Source: Patescibacteria group bacterium
Lineage (GTDB): Bacteria; Patescibacteriota; Patescibacteriia; Magasanikbacterales; GWA2-37-8
DNA length: 8,607 nt
Assembly (NCBI GenBank): GCA_004321885.1
Contig: SCQK01000024.1
Location: forward strand, 1-8,607
Reading direction: 5' to 3'
Made by a program: the position numbers and the translations under genes. Every line of letters starts with the position of its first letter. Position 1 is the stretch's first letter. Shown one piece after another: positions 6,127 to 8,607 of the stretch. The notes beneath the pieces were generated by a model. The model was given only the letters and a program-made list of their open reading frames with translations, was not told where the DNA came from and did no database searches.

Positions 6127-7496
6127 GAGCTGATGATCAGTTCCTCTGGCGGGCGAGGAATTTCTATTCGTATGTTGCGTTGCGTTGGAAAATAATCCTT
6201 CCAAATCCGGCGAAGGAGGGAAAAAAACCAGCGCGGTCTGTAGTAGTAGCTGACATAGGCCCATTCCTTCAGCGCTTCCAGTTGCGCGGGGCTAAGCTGC
6301 GGGTGCATCACGACGGGGGTAAAGCAATCCATCTTTTCATAGTCGTCCGTCAAGAGACCGTCTCCGACCATCTTATAATAAGCCGTTCCCGGGAATGGGG
6401 TGGCAAGATAAAACATCGCGGCATGGGTATTGAGTTGTTTGGCGTATTCCACCGTAGATCGGATTTTTTCCGGACTGTCTTCAGGCAGGCCCAGGACATA
6501 AAACGCGCATACCCTTAGTCCGATACCGTCGCAGAATTTGACGATGCGTTCTTGATGCTCGACGGGGACGGGAGCCCGGCCTATTTTTCTCAAGATAGCC
6601 TCATCCGCGGACTCGATGCCCACATTGATGACGCGCAGGCCGGATTCATAAAAAATATCAATCAGCTCTTCGTTCAAGAGGTCTAGCCGGGTTTCGCAGG
6701 CCCATTTAATTTTAATGCCTCGTTGAATAATACCCTCAGCGATTTGGCGGGCTCTTTTGCGATTGACCGAGAACAAGGGATCGCGAAACAACAGCGCCTT
6801 CGCGCCGAATGTATTCGCCGCGACTTCGATTTCATCCAATACCTTTTCCACGTTCCGCTCCCGCCATTGGTAGTTGACCGGGTAAGGGCAGTAATCGCAG
6901 GAGTAGACGCAGCCCCGAGAGGATAACGCCACCAGGAAGGGGGTTTCACGCAGAGATGGAAAATACGAGTATTCTTTAACGGGAAAATATTCCCACGCGG
7001 GAAAAGGCAAGGTATCCAAATCGTCGATAGGCCGACTGATCACGACGCCCTGGAGATTGTTCCCGCGCGCCAGTTTCAAGCCCGCTTCTTCCACTTCGCC
7101 GGCGATTAGGAAATCGGCGTAGGGAAGAAAAAGATTGGGTCGGAAGGTGGCGAAGGGCCCCAGGAAGCCGATTTTGATGTTCGGCCTTTTCTCTTTTATG
7201 CGCTGAGCCCAGCGGATTTCGTTTTTATAGTCAATCATACTGGCATGCATTAAGACGAGATCAGCATCCGGGATTTCATTGGTCAGCAGTTGAACTTCGT
7301 GGCCGTGATCGCGGAAAATGGCCGCCAGATAGGCGAAATAAAGGATCGGCACTTTTTCGCCTTTTTTTTTGACGAGTTCAATCATTCGTGCCGGCAGCGA
7401 GCGGCCGATATGGAAAGCCCAGCCGTAACCGCCCATAAAGTCTTTATTCACGCACTCCGGACGTTGAGCGGTTATTTCTAACAATGCGACCCTCAT
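6123..7496 (-). CDS. B12-binding-domain radical SAM enzyme (class B radical SAM), 457 aa
   Basis: ATG at 7496..7494. The N-terminal roughly 150 aa form a Rossmann-like cobalamin-binding domain (VKKKGEKVPILYFAYLAAIFRDHGHEVQLL...NIKIGFLGPFATF). It is followed by the canonical radical SAM cluster motif CxxxCxxC (ALSSRGCVYSCDYCPYP) and a TIM-barrel region (GAKALLFRDPLF..., INVGIESADEAILRKIGR). The fold class is confident. The reaction is unknown; the family includes methyltransferases, ring-contraction enzymes such as HpnJ/OxsB, and others. Confidence 0.9.
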   Translation of the reverse strand: MRVALLEITAQRPECVNKDFMGGYGWAFHIGRSLPARMIELVKKKGEKVPILYFAYLAAIFRDHGHEVQLLTNEIPDADLVLMHASMIDYKNEIRWAQRIKEKRPNIKIGFLGPFATFRPNLFLPYADFLIAGEVEEAGLKLARGNNLQGVVISRPIDDLDTLPFPAWEYFPVKEYSYFPSLRETPFLVALSSRGCVYSCDYCPYPVNYQWRERNVEKVLDEIEVAANTFGAKALLFRDPLFSVNRKRARQIAEGIIQRGIKIKWACETRLDLLNEELIDIFYESGLRVINVGIESADEAILRKIGRAPVPVEHQERIVKFCDGIGLRVCAFYVLGLPEDSPEKIRSTVEYAKQLNTHAAMFYLATPFPGTAYYKMVGDGLLTDDYEKMDCFTPVVMHPQLSPAQLEALKEWAYVSYYYRPRWFFSLLRRIWKDYFPTQRNIRIEIPRPPEELIISS

Positions 7497-7565
7497 TGTT
7501 TCATCTCATCAATAAGATGGTTGCGATCACAAACAGTAACAGTTGGAAGAAGAGTCTATTTTTCA

Positions 7566-7713
7566 GCACTTAGGAGCCTGTCCTGTAAACCCCTTGTTGT
7601 GGTTCGACAGGCTCACCACGAACGGAAAAACGTCATTCTTTTGATTGCCTATACCGTTCGCCCTGAGCGTGTCGAAAGGTGAACGGCGGTTTACAGGACA
7701 GGCTCTTAGCATT
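7566..7713. repeat. About 148-bp imperfect palindromic element (MITE/ERIC-like, or a highly structured leader RNA) with 18-bp perfect terminal inverted repeats and nested inner inverted repeats
   Basis: The left arm 7574-7591 gagcctgtcctgtaaacc is the exact reverse complement of the right arm 7688-7705 ggtttacaggacaggctc. The arms extend imperfectly to 7566 and 7713, for about 23 bp with 2-3 mismatches. Inner inverted repeats are cgaacgg (7620-7626)/ccgttcg (7654-7660), gtggt (7600-7604)/accac (7614-7618) and ttcgaca (7604-7610)/tgtcgaa (7670-7676). The element lies between the aldolase stop and the rSAM start. Confidence 0.55.
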
Positions 7714-7719
7714 GTTTTA

Positions 7720-7750
7720 AAAAAATATAGCTCCTGTCAGGCAATGTCAA
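7720..7750 (-). promoter_or_regulatory. Candidate sigma70-type promoter for the rSAM-SDR-GT2 operon
   Basis: The minus strand reads ggaGTTGACAttgcctgacaggagcTATATTttttt. It has a perfect -35 TTGACA (plus 7750..7745) and -10 candidates TATATT (15-nt spacer), ATATTT (16) or TATTTT (17). The predicted TSS is near 7712, giving a roughly 215-nt leader that contains the palindromic element before the ATG at 7496. Spacer length and the -10 hexamer are ambiguous. Confidence 0.3.
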
Positions 7751-7838
7751 CTCCTTTCACTGCCGCGGTCTCTGTAGAATCAGGTTGTACATGAGAGACG
7801 CGAACGTGAGGTTCGCCCGGAAGCTGTAGTCGACGACG

Positions 7839-8552
7839 TCACCCACGTGCACCCGCTTGATCGACGAGGGGGGGCAGGTCTGTCGCTACCTCCCCGTCTG
7901 GCGTCCCGGCCCGGTACGTCTCGAAGAACGCCCTATTTCGACTCACGTCCGCATCCTCGAGCGGATGCGCGCCGCCCAGTATCTCGGCTCCGATATAGAT
8001 CTTGGCCAGCCGCTCGACCTCGAGCGCCCGACGCATCGCCTCGGCCAGGTGGCGGCCAACTACAACCACGCCGTGATTGGCGAGCAGGACAGCGTTGCCG
8101 CACGACCCAAGTTCGCGCAGCACAACCTCGGCCAGCTCAGGGCTTGCGGATGGTGCATAGGTCGCTGTCGGGATTGGGCCGATATCCGCCGCCTCGTCGA
8201 GGAGGACGGGGATCGTCTTGCGGGCCACCGCTACGGCTGACGCCCACGTCGAATGGTGATGGATGACCGCATTGATGTCCGGGCGAGCCTGGTAGATGGC
8301 GACGTGCAGCCGCCACTCGCTCGTCGGCTTCCACCGACCTGTCGCGCGACCGGACTCGATCTCTACCTGCACGAGGTCTCGCTCGGTGAGCGTCCGATAG
8401 TCCTGACCCGTCGGGGTCATGAGGACGCTGGTTCCATCCCCGCATCGCGCACTGATATTCCCCGACGTCCCGTCTGTCAGCTCAGACTTAACCAGCCGCC
8501 AGCCCACCTCGATGATCTGTTGTGAGAGTTTCACGCGGGCCTCTCCCTCCAC
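7839..8552 (-). CDS. Class II aldolase/adducin-family protein (FucA/AraD/MtnB-like metal-dependent aldolase/epimerase/dehydratase)
   Basis: GTG start at 8552..8550 with GAGG 4 nt upstream. The conserved phosphate-binding motif GTSGNISAR is near the N-terminus, the metal-binding histidines are in AVIHHHSTWASAVAV, and the glycine-rich helix GNAVLLANHGVVVVGRHLAEA matches the class II aldolase fold. Length is 237 aa. The sequence is GC-rich, about 67% locally. Confidence 0.85.
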   Translation of the reverse strand: MEGEARVKLSQQIIEVGWRLVKSELTDGTSGNISARCGDGTSVLMTPTGQDYRTLTERDLVQVEIESGRATGRWKPTSEWRLHVAIYQARPDINAVIHHHSTWASAVAVARKTIPVLLDEAADIGPIPTATYAPSASPELAEVVLRELGSCGNAVLLANHGVVVVGRHLAEAMRRALEVERLAKIYIGAEILGGAHPLEDADVSRNRAFFETYRAGTPDGEVATDLPPLVDQAGARG

Positions 8553-8607
8553 CGAACCTCATTGCCTCGACAGGCAATCCCCAAGTGCCGCTCTACACTG
8601 AATTCTG

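Noticed and set aside
5113-6264. Longest-ORF version of the SDR gene with the N-terminal extension MGLCQLLLQTALVFFPPSPDLEG...
   Set aside because: The extension precedes the Rossmann GxxGxxG, which normally sits within the first 15 residues, and overlaps the rSAM gene by 141 nt. The TTG at 6126 gives a canonical start.
344-7496. Identical MRVALL N-termini of the edge-truncated gene (346) and the rSAM gene (7496) as evidence of duplication
   Set aside because: The codons differ (ATGCGGGTAGCCCTTCTC vs ATGAGGGTCGCATTGTTA) and similarity ends after six residues, so it is coincidence.
7563-7712. 49-aa minus-strand ORF (ATG at 7712) that exactly spans the palindromic element
   Set aside because: An open frame across a palindrome is expected by symmetry. 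It has no SD (ttttaaaacaATG) and its product has no recognisable features. It is more likely a by-product of the repeat than a leader peptide.
7497-7750. Cobalamin riboswitch upstream of the B12-dependent rSAM gene
   Set aside because: I searched both strands of the leader by eye for the conserved B12-box core (GCCACUG or a close variant) and the surrounding conserved AGGGAA/GGUGAAA segments. None is present. The large palindrome is not riboswitch-like.
7800-7816. Hairpin GCGAAC-gtgag-GTTCGC about 22 nt downstream of the aldolase stop, as an intrinsic terminator
   Set aside because: The stem is only 6 bp, and on the minus-strand RNA it is followed by GUCUCUCAUG rather than a U-run, so it is weak at best. 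No other clear terminator was seen between the aldolase and the rSAM promoter candidate.
7847-8266. 139-aa, 127-aa and 90-aa plus-strand ORFs (7847..8266, 7857..8240, 8253..8525) and the minus-strand 8137..8445 ORF overlapping the aldolase gene
   Set aside because: They lie opposite or inside the class II aldolase CDS at about 67% GC. Their R/P/G-rich low-complexity translations are typical of antisense frames.

Overview
Bacterial sequence, about 57% GC overall. The clearest signs are Shine-Dalgarno motifs, GTG/TTG starts and tightly packed same-strand operons. Every convincing gene reads on the minus strand, and the plus-strand ORFs in the track are antisense shadows. Two transcription units plus one extra gene are visible. 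Unit A (3811 down to 1) is a glycan-export operon: wzm (ABC-2 permease), an unusually long wzt (561 aa ABC ATPase with an extended C-terminal region), a 232-aa coiled-coil protein that carries an in-frame 33-bp tandem repeat, and the start of a further gene that runs off the window. Unit B (7496 down to 4136) is a three-gene module coupled by overlapping TTGA stop/start junctions: a B12-binding radical SAM enzyme, an NAD-dependent SDR 'epimerase/dehydratase' family enzyme, and a DPM1/ArnC/GtrB-type GT2 (polyprenyl-phosphate sugar synthase type). I could not assign a product or pathway to this module, and it is the best candidate for something undescribed. Upstream of unit B lies a roughly 148-bp imperfect palindromic element (18-bp perfect arms with nested inner inverted repeats). 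It sits inside the predicted 5' leader, exactly where base composition jumps from about 52% GC (module) to about 67% GC (an upstream class II aldolase gene). Two 9-nt homopolymer tracts lie inside coding regions: G9 in the wzt interdomain linker and A9 in the rSAM gene. I found no rRNA, tRNA or CRISPR.
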